The notes under the pieces: model-generated
Told to the model about the DNA's origin: nothing
The model's database searches: none
What the model saw: the letters and a program-made list of their open reading frames with translations, nothing else
Assembly (NCBI GenBank): GCA_043228905.1
Contig: JBHGNT010000011.1
Location: 15,996,001 to 16,060,000, forward strand
Source of the DNA: Azolla caroliniana
Lineage: Eukaryota; Plantae; Polypodiophyta
Direction: 5' to 3'
DNA: 64,000 bases
In this document: positions 24,296 to 37,147 of the stretch, piece after piece
Layout: the number at the start of each line of letters is the position of its first letter
How positions within the stretch are numbered: the first letter of the stretch is position 1
Translations under genes and position numbers: made by a program

Positions 24296-24444
24296 GCATC
24301 TCTTCTTTTTACTTCATTGGCAAGTTAGAGAAGAAGAATTATGGCATTGGGGAAGAAGGATAATGTGGACAATGTAAGGGTTTCTTCTTCTTCTTCCTTG
24401 GCAAGGCCACCATCCACCATGTCCCTCTTCCTTGACATTGATCC
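24296..24444 (+). pseudogene. Diverged duplicate of the 5' end (intron acceptor plus first ~35 codons) of the ARM-repeat gene
   Basis: ttttacttcattggcaagttagagaagaagaattatggcattggggaagaagga...gcaaggccaccatccaccatg matches 29880-30024. Confidence 0.85.
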
Positions 24445-27400
24445 TTTTCATGGGGAGGAAGCTTTTACTAAGGTATAGTATTAGTGGGCAAGACACACGT
24501 ACGATATGCGATGTACAATATACTATACTTCTCTCTTAATAAAAAATTGACAGAACATTTGAATATTCAAATAACTTTCGGCAAAGTTTTCATTCCACTA
24601 CTGTTAAAATAAATTGTTGCTCAAGCACACCAAATGCATTTGCAAATTGTAGGTTGTCTCATGCTTATTATTAGTTCTTGCTCATTGATTGTGTGAAGGC
24701 TTCTTAAATTTTAAAACGTTTAGGAGCGAACAAGTGCAATAATCATTTGTTCCATAAAAATTTGAGTCATCGAGTGTGACATGGTCCATGGATAATAGCA
24801 TTTTAACTGTACAACCTCAACTTTTCATATGTTTAGCTACCCGATCAACAACAAGAAACATGCAAAAAATGAAGATGATAACATACAACATATGGAGGTT
24901 AAATGAGTGTTGCCATGACAAGCTACGTCTTTGCTTTTCTTGTGGGGTCACAAATAATTGAAGCTAAATATTAAATTTATTTATTTATTTGTAAAAGAAA
25001 TATCCTCCATTGGTATTAAAAGAGTCAACTATTACAATGAATATTGCATGTGAATGTGGTTGCATCAGGTTTTAGATCTGATTTCAGCATACATTTAGTT
25101 TAACATTGGACAACCATAACCATGCATGCATCTAGAAGATACTCTCGCATTTGGCATACATATCAACCAACATACTAGCAATAAACCTATCATTCTCATA
25201 TCCCGTTGATTCTAAATGTTGTGATTAAGTTTGATATTTGTCAAATAACATTGTAGTGTTTAGCATGACAAATATTTTCTTGTTGTGAGGTTGTTTATCT
25301 CTATTAAAAATTAATCAGATTTTCATGCTCTTGAAGATCATGAAGTTTTTTTCAATACCTAAACAATAATTAGATATTCAATCTACGAAACACAACCATG
25401 CTTCATAAAAATAGATCTTATGCATATATATAAAGTTTTTGAAGTGATGCTGAAAAGGTTTCCTTGAGAAATATGATTAGGTTTCATTTTCCAGGTATGA
25501 GTGAAATCCAATGTGTGAGATTGTGCAACTCATGAATTTTTTATGCTTGCCACTTTGGCAACACTTTGTGAGTGTTTTAAAAATTAACCAACATCAATTC
25601 TGCATCTAGTCCACGGTGGTGTAACTAAATAATCTAGAAGAACATTAATTAGAGAGGGGTTCTTGGAAAGTGATGCTCGTGACATGTGGAGATATGCTCT
25701 CTTTTTACAAGAAAACTTGCATGCATGTCAACAATAATTTTTTATTCCATTGAAGATATATGATATCGTTGGGCGCTACTTTTACGAATTGTGTGTGTGA
25801 TTTTAACATCACTTTACACAAAAAAGTCCTCGATTCATGGATAATGAAATTTGTTTTCTCCATAAATACTCAAGCATTTCCCCATTGTTATAACTTGAAT
25901 GACTAAAAATAATCTATCGTGGATTTCACTATATGTTACGGCTAGATTTCAAAGTATCTTTGGTAGTCATAAGTTAACATTATGCACTTGCATAAGATAT
26001 ATGATATACTATCAAATAGTCAAAGTTTTCAAAAAACCCTAATTGTGTATATGTTCGTGGTGCACATACGATGTCTATCTAGACTATATTCGTTTGCTCA
26101 ATAGTTTCACCAATCTACATTGCAAATATTCCCAATGTTTTGTGATTACAAGACGGATATAGATAGATAAATAGATGTGAAACAAAATGGCTAGAAATTC
26201 TTTCATGTTAGCACTAGTTTCTTTTTCTTTTTGAAACATGTGGTGTCCCATTTTGCAATGTGTGTTCTTGCAACATATCATCATCGTAGACATAGACCAT
26301 AGATATCAACAATGTTCAAAACATAGAACAAAGCAATTCACGAACATCAAATTTGACCACTTCCTAATCTTCACTACATTCAAATATATTATATTTTTCA
26401 TGAATGAAAATTTCCTAAAATATAAGCAATATCCCCCACGAATACCATAGCGGCCACATAGGGGGGACAAATTTTTTGAATGGTCATCAAGAGAGAGGAC
26501 AATAAGATATATTTTCTTCATCCTATATCTCGATCATCATTACTATTTATTTTCTTTGAAGAAGTGAAATACCTCACATTTGAGTAATGTATGCAAGAAA
26601 TAATTATCAAAAGCAATGAGGTTATGGTTTGGACCCCTCTCATGCATCAATATTAGGGAAAACACAAAGCTTAGTGTAAACATATTTGACAAATATTGAG
26701 TGGATATTTGATTATCACAAACAAATAGTGACATAAAGTTTGCTCTTGAATTGAAAACTACCTAGGTAAATTTAGAAATTCAAGTTTAGACACATGTTAA
26801 TCTAGAGCTAGAACAATACCAATGAGATTAACTGCTCACATGTAAAAATTGACTTATGATACCAACTTGAAGCATTATTGGTACAACATATGTAATATAA
26901 TGTAGGGTGGGGTGAGCTCGACATTTATCCCAAGATGTGATTAATTGCTTTTGGAAAAAAACTCTTCATTCACTGAGAATCCTATTGACACATCATGAAA
27001 CCAATGTAATGTATCCTTTTTATAAATTACAGTCTATAGATTCTTTTTTGTTTTGTTTTCGGGTGTTAAGGATAATGTTGAGTCGTCTTGCCTATGAGGA
27101 TACCAATTCTCTTCTTTTTATCCCTTTTTCACTATATATATATATATTTGTTTTTGGGTGAAAAGGATATTGTTGAGTCGTCTTGCCCACCGAGGATATA
27201 GTTTCTCTTCATTTTTCTCCCTTTTTCTCCATAAGTGGACCGAATATGAATAGCAACATTTTTCTTTCTTCTAATTCATACATACTTCTCTGTATGCATC
27301 TTTGTCTTCATTGAAGAGTTAAACATTAAAATCAATGTTCATTTTGTCTTTTTATCGCACCTTAACATCAAGCATAATGTAACGCTATAATGTAACACTG

Positions 27401-29915
27401 GAACTAGTATTGTTAACCAAGACTTTAAATCATTTTTTATGTTGAAGTTTTATATGTGTACAATGTTAAATTCTAATCGACATTTTTATACAAAATTGGT
27501 TGTGAAAGTGGTTATTGTTTTTTATGTTCTCGAAAGCTCTACTTGATAATATAACTAAAATCCATGGAAAGTGTGGAGTTCACTAAAAGACACATGGTTG
27601 ATCTTGGATGGCATTGCAAAATATTGGTCACCACTTGGGTTCCCCCATGGCTTGACGTTTCTATTTCTCCAAGATTAACTAGATATCAAGTAAAATCTTG
27701 GATAAATCATAAATATTTGTATGTTGGAAATCTTATGCATGGTTATTTGCTACTCAATACAAAGTGACTTTAGAAATCATATTTATTATGGATTTTTATT
27801 TTTTTGACATTGCAACCATGAACAAAGAAATCACTTGATTGATTGACTCTCCATGAAACCATATATACATCTCTAACCACTTAGGTGAATCAAACCTACT
27901 GATTTGGATCATAGCTTCATCATGGCAAGTTGTCAACAATGCTAGGTTGATATGTAAATGCTCAAAAATTGACAGGGTTTAGTACTTGGTGGTCTCTTGG
28001 TAATGAAGTTTGAGAATTGTCAACTAACAACCTCTAAATTTATTTATCAAGAGGTACTTGCACCCATGCCACTTGGAGTGGGATAGAATTTTTTTATCTC
28101 AAGCCCAAATTCAATTCTATGTTGACTCATGGCTTAGTAGGTAATCACACAAAATGTTATTTAATACCACTTCAACAAATCATGGAAGTAGTGGCAAACA
28201 AACAATGGAAAGCTTGGTTATTTGATAGAAATAGGTCACTGTGGTGTGCACACCAACAACATCTCTTTGCAGTATGTGTTGGAGGTGAGATGATAATCTT
28301 ATCTTCCATGCCATGCGGAAGTGTTTCTTTGGGAAACAATGGTGGGCAAAATACCTTTACCAGTAGTTCTAAAATGATGCAAAACTTTCGCAATGGGATA
28401 TATTTTCTTTCTATGCAAAGCAATTAAGGAGGATGCTAGGCCACACATCCCTTACTTCAAATTACTAAAGCTATATTTGGTTGTTATGTTGCACCTTTGG
28501 GCATTTTTAAAACGACGCAAACCTTTCGGAATGGGATGCATTTTCCTTTTACAAAGAGTGGTCAAGGAAGATGCCATGTGCATATCCCTGGTCAAATTGC
28601 TAAAGCCATATGGGTTGTTATGTCTTTGGGCATCTTTAATTGGGAAATTTGTCACCCTATCAATGGGTTTTTGGCCAAGTGGACAACCACATAGTGCTTT
28701 ACCCTGCCTTTCATATAAATTGATGTTTAACTACCCTAGGTGATAAGGTTCATGGAAGAATTGGAGTATGAGAAATGGGTTCTTGTATGCTCTCCATGGA
28801 GTACCAAACAACGTGTGCATGAAAAAAGGAAAATTAACTTGACAATTCCCACCATGGGTGGTTTTGTGGGCACAACCTCCTTGGATGAGTTGTCTTTATG
28901 TCTCCTCATCTTCCAACATCTTTGTGGTTAACTTAATGGCAACTATAAAATTGGTCATGACTATTGTTGTGCACTATTAATGTGCATGCAAGATGCAACA
29001 TTAACACTCTATCCAAGAGAACGGAAAGAACATGAATAACTTTTCACTATCAATGTGCATGCCACATCTAATGTTAACACCACACTCAAGCATAATATGA
29101 AACTCAAAAACTAGATGAAGAAATCATACTACATATCATTGTAACGAATCACGATGTTTTAAATGCAACTAGACTAATCTTAAGAATGGAACCCATGAAG
29201 ATAATTTAAATGGTTTGTCATTGTCTTTATCCCAAATCCAAGGTCCATCCTTAACACTCGGAACGCATCAAGAATTTCTACTCTTAAGTCATTGTCATGA
29301 TCCCAAATGCAAGGTCAATCCTCAATGCTTTGACACATGAGAATTTTGTATAGTTTGTCACTGTGATGGTCTCGAATGAAATGATTGTCTCGTGATACTT
29401 CAACTTTTCAAAGTTGGAAACCAAAAGCTTTTTTACAACGATAACCACGATAACCACATGATCCTACTGTATTTTGCGAGTATTAAACGAGGCAAAGCCG
29501 CCAATACTTAGATATAGAATCTTATTGGTGTTGGATGGCGGGCTACGCAACGAAATTAAAAAGCTTTTTGCCTTTCGAAGTGGAATACGTGCCAGAATGC
29601 ATTGATCATCCAACATATCCTCCTCCTCCTCTTCTAATTGTTTGGAACATGATGGTGGCCCGGTGGGGTGGGGGTGTGTCACGATGGATTCTCTACCTTT
29701 GAAAGAGCACGTGCTGGAACAAGAGAAAATGTCAACTTATGCATCCATCCATACATACAGACATGCTCACAACACATACATTCATTCATTCATACATACA
29801 TAATATATATATATATATATATACATGCATACATTATACACATGCATATCTTTATATCCTAATACTTTCTCTTCTCTCCTTTTTTACTTCATTGGCAGGT
29901 TAGAGAAGAAGAATT

Positions 29916-32870
29916 ATGGCCTTGGAGAAGAAGGAGAGTGAGGACAATGGAAGAGCTTCTTCGTCCTCTTCTTCCATTGCAAGGCCACCATCCACCATGC
30001 CCCTCTCCATTGACATTGTCATCCAACCATCCTCCTCGGCCTCGGCCTCGGCCTCACTTCCTCATCGTTCTGCTCCGGCCACTGCCAATTCTCGGCTGCA
30101 TACAATGAAAGCCGTGCTTCCCGTTCGCCTTTCCCCGTTCGCACCATATACTGGTGGAAACCTCCGCGCTCGCTATAGTCCTCGTCCGCCACCGCCTCCT
30201 CCTCCGGCCACGAGCCCCTCCCCCATGAATGGCGCCGCGAATTACCAACCTACACCCACCTCTGCCACCGGTGGTGCCTCTCGGCTCGACCCCGGCCAGA
30301 CTTCGGCCGAGAGGCCGGCCGAAGCGGCACCCGAGAAGGAGCTCACCCTCTTCGCCATGCGGCTGGCGGTCCTCGAGAAGATTGCGAGCAACTTGGGCAC
30401 CCTGGCGTTCGTGTGGGCCACGGTCGTGCTCTTGGGCGGGTTCGCAATCACAATGAAGGAGATCGACTTCTGGTTTGTGACGGTCATCCTAGTGATCGAG
30501 GGCGCGCGCATCTTCAGCCGGAGCCACGAGCTGGAGTGGCAGCACCAGGATGGGAGCAACAGCTCGGGGAGCCTGTTCTCGAGGGCGTACGAGACGGGGT
30601 CGAAGGTGTTCTCGAGCTTGACGATGGGACGGCAGAACCCGAATCAACCCATATCAAGTGGCCCTGCCCAGCGGCATCCCGAAGCCATCAACAATACTCC
30701 TACCACTCCGAATGACGGCTTCGATGCATTGTTAACCGATTTGGGCCAGGCGCATTCGAAGTTGAAGAGGACGTGGTCGACTTCGAGTGTTCCCATAGTG
30801 CCATGGATTCAGACTCAGGCGTCGGACGTGAGCCGAATGCTGTACTGGATGCAGGTGATCACCGCGGTCACCGCCATCGCTCTGTCGGTGTACCGTCTCT
30901 GCACCCGCAGGTTCACTCGGCCCAACGAGAAGGAAGACGGGACGGAGGACAACCACACGTCGGCGCTCTTCATCTTCTACAGTCTAGCGGCTTTTGAGGC
31001 ATTCATCTTCCTGCTGGAGAGGACATACTGGGAGATCAAGATCTCTTACAAGAACCTGCTGGATCGTGTGAACCGCAAATTGGGGCTCCAACAGGAGGAC
31101 CTGGGAACCACGCGCCGTTTCTTCTACGAGGTCTACAGCAAATGCCTGAACGAGAGCATCTTCGAGGGCCTGAAGATGGATATGGTGGACTATGCCCTGT
31201 CTTGGCTGCAATCGGATCAGCTCAACGAGCAGCTCGGCGGGCTGAGGGTGCTGCTTACCTACTCCAGGCGGGTGCAGGTCGACTCTGGTGGGGAAGACGA
31301 CACCCTGCGGAGCATTGGGATCAAGCAAGGGGCCGTGGAGAGGCTCCTGGAGATGGTGACCTGGAAGAATCCGCAGGCGTACACCATCCGGATGATGGCG
31401 GCGGAGCTCCTGTGCACCCTCGTCAAATCCAACAGGTACAGCATCCGGGTCGCCTCTGTGTCTGGCTCCATCGAAGGCATCTTCAGCCTCCTCATCTCCG
31501 ACGACGACAAGGACGAGATGCAGGCCGCCACGACCACGATGGCGATGACGCCTGCGACACTGGGGCGGCCACTGATCGGCAGCCATACATCGCAGGATCC
31601 GTCCATGGTGGAGCACAAGGTCATCTCCATCCGCATCGTGGGCCTGCGGATCCTCAAGAACCTGGCCAAGGACCCCCTCAACAGCCTGCGGATCGGGGCT
31701 ACCCGGGGCCTCCTCACCCGCCTGGTGACGTTCATCCACGTCTCCGAAGCCAGGATGTGCAACGTGGAAGAAGAACAGGACCTGAAGTTCCTGCAGGTCA
31801 GGAAATCGTTGGAGCTCCTCAATCTGCTGGCGGCCACGCCCGGCAGCGCAGGGAGGACGCTGAGGCAGGACATCGCGAGGATCGTGTTCACGGTGTCGAG
31901 TCTGAAGAGAATCGTGCAGTTCGGGGAGTCGCACGTGGTGCTGCAGCTCTGCTCCATCGACATCCTGTCGAGCCTGGCCATGGACGACGATGTCCGAGGG
32001 ACGATCGGGAGGACGGGCGGGCTCATCCGCTGCCTGCTGGCCCTGCTCCTCAAGCACAGGGAAAGGGGGAGCGCGGGAGGAGATTCCACCCATATCCAGG
32101 TCGCGCAGAAGGCCGGGGAAGCCCTAGCTTTGCTAGCACTGAAGAGCGAGGTCAACTGTGCGAGAATGGCGAGGCTGAGAGTGATGGAAGATTGGGCGGT
32201 GGTGTCGCCAGAGGAGGTGGAGGAGGAGGGGGAGGAGGAATCAGGTGGAGGAGGAGGTGGGATCCCGGTGGTGGAGGCTCTCCTGGGGATGGTCTCAGAT
32301 TGGGATGTAGGCGACATAGCCATGAACATACTGAGGAGCTTCTGCGCGTACGGGAAGGAATTGTGGAGGGAGGAGATAGCGGAGGAGTGCGCGAAGAAGG
32401 CGATGAAGATCATGGTGGAGAGAGGGGGGAGGGCACAGGTGGCGGCGATGGGGCTCCTGGCGAAGGTAGCAGGGAAGGTGAAGGACATGAGAGGTTTAAT
32501 GGAGGAGGAGGAGGAGCAGGAGCAGGGGATAAGAGCAGAGGCGGTGGTGAGGAAGCTGGTGGGGGTGCTGGACAACAACTTGGGCCAGCCCGTGGCGAAG
32601 CTCCCAGCCCTCCGGCGGAACGCGGTGGAGGCGGCGGTTGTTCTCACCGAGAGCCACCCGCAGATCTTCGAAGAAGTGTTCCGGCGGCACAAGTTCGGCC
32701 TGCTCCTCCTCCGTGTGTCCGACTCGGTCTCGGACATTGAGGACTACGCCACGTTCTCCGGTGCCGCCGGCATGACCTGCCACTCGGATTGCATGTCCAC
32801 CCTTCTCGAACGCGGCATCCGCTTATTTCTCAAGCGTACCGCCCGCCCGACCGCCCGCCCGTCCGACTAA
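29916..32870 (+). CDS. Plant membrane-anchored ARM-repeat protein (BLE2-like family), 984 aa, intronless CDS
   Basis: Long GC-rich ORF with the family motif LTLFAMRLAVLEK.ASNLGTLAFVWATVVLLGGFA...DFWFVTVILVIEGARIFSRSHELEWQHQ, about four hydrophobic helices, then helical ARM-like repeats; 5'-UTR intron acceptor (polypyrimidine + CAG) just upstream of the ATG. Confidence 0.88.
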   Translation: MALEKKESEDNGRASSSSSSIARPPSTMPLSIDIVIQPSSSASASASLPHRSAPATANSRLHTMKAVLPVRLSPFAPYTGGNLRARYSPRPPPPPPPATSPSPMNGAANYQPTPTSATGGASRLDPGQTSAERPAEAAPEKELTLFAMRLAVLEKIASNLGTLAFVWATVVLLGGFAITMKEIDFWFVTVILVIEGARIFSRSHELEWQHQDGSNSSGSLFSRAYETGSKVFSSLTMGRQNPNQPISSGPAQRHPEAINNTPTTPNDGFDALLTDLGQAHSKLKRTWSTSSVPIVPWIQTQASDVSRMLYWMQVITAVTAIALSVYRLCTRRFTRPNEKEDGTEDNHTSALFIFYSLAAFEAFIFLLERTYWEIKISYKNLLDRVNRKLGLQQEDLGTTRRFFYEVYSKCLNESIFEGLKMDMVDYALSWLQSDQLNEQLGGLRVLLTYSRRVQVDSGGEDDTLRSIGIKQGAVERLLEMVTWKNPQAYTIRMMAAELLCTLVKSNRYSIRVASVSGSIEGIFSLLISDDDKDEMQAATTTMAMTPATLGRPLIGSHTSQDPSMVEHKVISIRIVGLRILKNLAKDPLNSLRIGATRGLLTRLVTFIHVSEARMCNVEEEQDLKFLQVRKSLELLNLLAATPGSAGRTLRQDIARIVFTVSSLKRIVQFGESHVVLQLCSIDILSSLAMDDDVRGTIGRTGGLIRCLLALLLKHRERGSAGGDSTHIQVAQKAGEALALLALKSEVNCARMARLRVMEDWAVVSPEEVEEEGEEESGGGGGGIPVVEALLGMVSDWDVGDIAMNILRSFCAYGKELWREEIAEECAKKAMKIMVERGGRAQVAAMGLLAKVAGKVKDMRGLMEEEEEQEQGIRAEAVVRKLVGVLDNNLGQPVAKLPALRRNAVEAAVVLTESHPQIFEEVFRRHKFGLLLLRVSDSVSDIEDYATFSGAAGMTCHSDCMSTLLERGIRLFLKRTARPTARPSD

Positions 32871-35019
32871 CCTAACGAAGTGATGTCCGGACCATGATAT
32901 GTGCGGGGTGGGTGCCCTTTCACACCCTAGAGGCAAGCCATTGCCCCCCCCCCCCCCCCCCCACCATCTATATCTACCCACGCATATATGTATGTACTAT
33001 GGACATGGTATGTATATATCACACTTCTTTGATTCTCATTGGGTTTAAAGCCTTCTTATTCAATAAAGCTTAAACGTGCAAATTGCACTTTTTCTCCAAA
33101 CCATTCTTTTGTTTAACCTTGTCAAAAGTTTGTACGCCCTACCCTAATACTATGGCGATGTTTTCTTTTTCCCGTATAGCTAAAGTACCAAATCATTCTT
33201 GCCTTCCCCCTATGGTTGCGTAGTTCATGAAACATCTCTGGAGAGGTATTTCTTCTAGACCGGGAAACTAATATGTCACAACTTCTTGATCACTTTCTCG
33301 AGAAACGGAAAAACGGTAGGAACGGTTGTCATATTGATGACCTACCACGAAGCCCCATGAGGAGGTGCCACATCTCATTTGAAGCTACTTTGCTTGAGAA
33401 GTATAGTCTCAAAACCTTTGACACTTCTTACCGGCACCTTTTATTAGTTCTCTTGAGGTGGTCTTTGGGTATCTTTTGAAGCTTGGGTCCTTCATTTCTT
33501 TTTCTATTTTATGGAGCTCACTTGCCTCTATTTAGGCATTAGTGTGTTATGGAGAAGGCAAGTACAAGTTGATTACCATGGTCTCTTCCAATGGACGTGA
33601 GGGTTCCCCATCTTTGAATTTGTGTTGAGACAGCTAGATCACATTCCACATTAATAAGTTTGCTAGATGTTTTCGAGGAAGATACTATCCTATATGATAG
33701 TCTCACTTTTTGGATGTGATTCTATCTCATAGGTCATCCATGACAACTTGCCCTAATAAAAAACTTAAAACTTCCCCATATGGCATTCATACATACATAT
33801 ACAAACAAGCTTTTTGTGGGCCACTTTGTCTCTCGTGTGATTTTGTTAGCCACAAAAGCTTGGATAAGGAGAGAGGATGCATAAATTGAAGGGGATGAAT
33901 AGTAGAAGAAAAGAAAGAAAGAAAGAAAGAAAGAAAGAAAAGGAGATTTTAGTTTTACAAACAATGATAGTAATGTCCCCACCTATGTACATGGTTAAGA
34001 AGCTTAGTTTGAAAAATACTTAGCTAGACACTTGAATTTGTTCATACCTCATGAGGAATTGAATTATTGAGAAATTCCATAAATGTATGTGTATAATTAG
34101 GCTTGGAGGATAATGATATGTGAATGTGAATTTGGAGGATAATAAATTCAATGAGAACCATCATCCATGTATTCTTCTTTTCTCGGTTTCTCTTCCCTTG
34201 AGGTATGTGTAGAGTTTACTACTATTGGTAAAATCCTCCAGATTACCTTTTGTTCTCAATGAATCCCCACCACTAAAACATAAAACATATCTTACCTTTT
34301 GTTTTGTTGTGGTGTGTCTTGAGTTTATTGGTGTTGGATCAATGTTTTATTAGTTTGTTATAAAACAAATCTATACCTTCGTGGTCTAAGTTTCTAACTA
34401 AGAAATAACTAATTTATGTTCAAAAAGTTAAATGTTATAGGTGTTTGGCTCAAGCTATTATTCTACATATTTATAGACGTGCATCACGAATGTACAAGGA
34501 TCACAATTAGCACGATCAAATCCATGTCAATCTATCTATCTTTCACATACTTCTACATATTTAGCTATAATATTGACAAATATGCAGGACACGACATAAA
34601 CCACGCATATGCGATCTACCTAAACACAATTCTTCAAGTTTAGCTAGACAATAATAATTTTTGACTTATGGATAAACCAAGGACAAGCATTGCACAATTG
34701 TCTTTTTAAATCTTTTGATTTATGGAATATATCAATCTCCATTCTTGACATTAGGAAGCATAAGACATGAGATGCATCACAATGTGTTGTAGACATCATA
34801 TTTTGTGTAATGAATTTTCAATGACGTGCAAGCTAATTTGATGTATTTCATACACATGTATACAAGCTATAGGATTTCATACTTCAATATCATCTTAGGA
34901 GGTAACCATGAAATTTATAGGATATAAACTCCATTGACCTAAGTTTTATTTAATCATTGGTTTTATATATTTTTTATACACATTTGGAAATACTATTTCT
35001 TATACAGAGAATACCGTGT

Positions 35020-36900
35020 GTAATTTATTTTTCCAAAAAAAAAACTACTTCCATTAGTTAAGTCAGTGTACATAAGATAATATACAACTCATATCTTATA
35101 GGCCAACTTGCATGGTGAAAAAGAAAACATGTATAAAGGAATCAACAAAAAACCTCCTAATCACCACATCATCCGCTGAGCATAGAATTACTCGGCCGCA
35201 TACCCTGCACGTGAGCCTCATACAACTCGAATTCAGCATAGACATCCTCCAATCTCTTCACGTGGCAACACCCATCTATATGTTAGGTACACTCGGAGGG
35301 AACAACCATCGTAGTGGCTGATAAATCCACTTTGCTTTGCCACCCACCATTCGCAGCATCGGAGAACCTCTCCATTTTAGAAGGAATCGAGCTCTTCTAG
35401 CCTCTTCACTCGTGTCTGAGGACCCCTAAAGGCTTTCAAACTCTCCTTGTAACGTAGAAATAAGATTAAACTAGATCATTGAACTCTCAACCGGTGGGGT
35501 TCGCTTTTTTGAGAAAGTCTCCTTGCACCTAGATACCCACACTTGCCAAACCGTAAGGCCGACCACCAATAACCAAATGTCCACATATTGTTCCTGTATG
35601 TAGAATGAACCTCCTTGCGCTAAAGGTTGTATAGTTCCATGCATCACCTTTAAAGGACTATTTCCATTCCACCCATGAAACCACGCAGCCGATTCAATGG
35701 CCAACCAAATGACAGTTGCGCTCGATACATGAACATCAACCCCCCATCGAGGAAAGATTCTTAAGCTCCTCGCCCAAACTTCTTGGGCTCGTGGGCAGCT
35801 CCGCAAACAATGTGCGATGTCCTCCAAACTCGTTTTGTAGGCCTTGCAACTACTCATGCCACCCCTTTTACCAAGCCACTCTCCAGTTGGAACAACCCGA
35901 TGGGTGATTAACTAGAAAAACACTTTGACCCTGTTAGGGAGGGATGAATTCCATATCCTGCTCCTAGTTCTATCCACGAAGACCAAATCGACAACTACAT
36001 GGGTCCATTTGTTGGCGCACTTCTCACAATGCAAGCATAACTTTCTGCCCAACCGCGTCGAGTACTCGAAGAAACCTATTGATTTATCTTGTTCTCCCTT
36101 CCACTTATATTCTGTAGGATCCCATTCTAAACACTCAAGTGGCTTGTCTTCAACCACCTACAAGATCCAGTCCTCCTCAACCTCATCGACTAGTGGATTC
36201 ACCTTCCATTTCTTGCCACCTCGTGCCACAATTCTAATCAGGGGCCAACTTGTACCTTTATTTATTGATCCCAATTGGATGATCTTCCCGTTCTTTCCTA
36301 GACCCTTGGCATTGATCATTTTTTCCGTATCATCATGTCAATGTTAATGTGCGGAAACATTAGACAAAACTAGCTCAACCAGGTAGCAATAGAGAATAAG
36401 ATGAAGGTTTAATGGAGAAGCTTAATACACAGAGAGTATACGCGGGAGAGACAAAGAGAGTAGAATGTAAATGTAAATTCAAAAATGAAAACACTTTGTA
36501 ACTTTGTACATACAATGTGCTATAACAACACTATTTATACAAGTCCATAAAGGATTGACAAAAGTACTGAGAGGTACTTCAATATTCGTACGTGCGATTG
36601 ACACTAACTACGAGACAATAATTATCTAGTAGTCTAGGCTACTACTAGGCTTTCGGTTCCCGCTTGAATCCGGCTCTCCGATCCGTCTCCCCGATCCGGC
36701 CGGTTGTTTCCGGATACCATCTGGATATCGATCTAGCTCATCCTCTTGGATGTTGATTCGGATCAGGTTGAGCTTGCTCGCTCAACACATCACTTTGTCC
36801 AAACCATTCACCCTCTTCCCCATTACTAATAGGAATAGAGTATAAAATTGTATTGATTAGGTCAAACATCTTCTTGCCATTTCTAAACTTTCCCAAGTCT
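35020..36900 (-). mobile_element. Decayed L1-type LINE 3' portion (zf-RVT domain), interrupted by a solo LTR
   Basis: RIWNSSLPNRVKVFF, CKAYKTSLEDIAHCLRSCPRAQEVW, LTVWQVWVSRCKETF; boundaries approximate. Confidence 0.75.
36336..36787 (-). mobile_element. Solo LTR, 452 bp, with 5-bp TSD CATCA
   Basis: TG...CA termini; CATCA at 36331-36335 and 36788-36792; TATAAATAG on the minus strand (~36531-36539). Confidence 0.75.
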
Positions 36901-36920
36901 TCAAATCATTTATCATGATT

Positions 36921-36960
36921 ACTAGCGGATACCCGCATCCATAGATTGGCACATGCGTGA
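36921..36960 (-). mobile_element. Possible Helitron 3' terminus
   Basis: CTAG|T on the minus strand (ACTAG at 36921-36925) next to GC-rich hairpin-forming sequence (GCGGATACCCGC; CCCGCAT...ATGCGTG). Confidence 0.35.
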
Positions 36961-37147
36961 TATTCGTGATATTCTCCATGCGTAATATTCTCAATATTCA
37001 AGAATACGAAATGGCCCGAAGAATATTAAAAAGCCATTTGTTTTGCAAAATAAATATAAAAAAATTATTTATTTATTTAAATAAATTTATTTCACCTAAA
37101 AAAGAACAATTATTCATTAATAGATTATAGTGTAAAGAGAGTTTATG

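Noticed and set aside
27070-29350. Small diverged tandem duplications (~27070-27220, ~28370-28640, ~29215-29350; also ~56262-56365)
   Set aside because: Two-copy degenerate duplications in intergenic or intronic DNA with no structure suggesting function.
30984-32740. Long overlapping and antisense ORFs (369-532 aa) inside the ARM gene
   Set aside because: Shadow frames expected from high GC3; no domain signatures. The same applies to ORFs overlapping the GC-rich retrotransposon.
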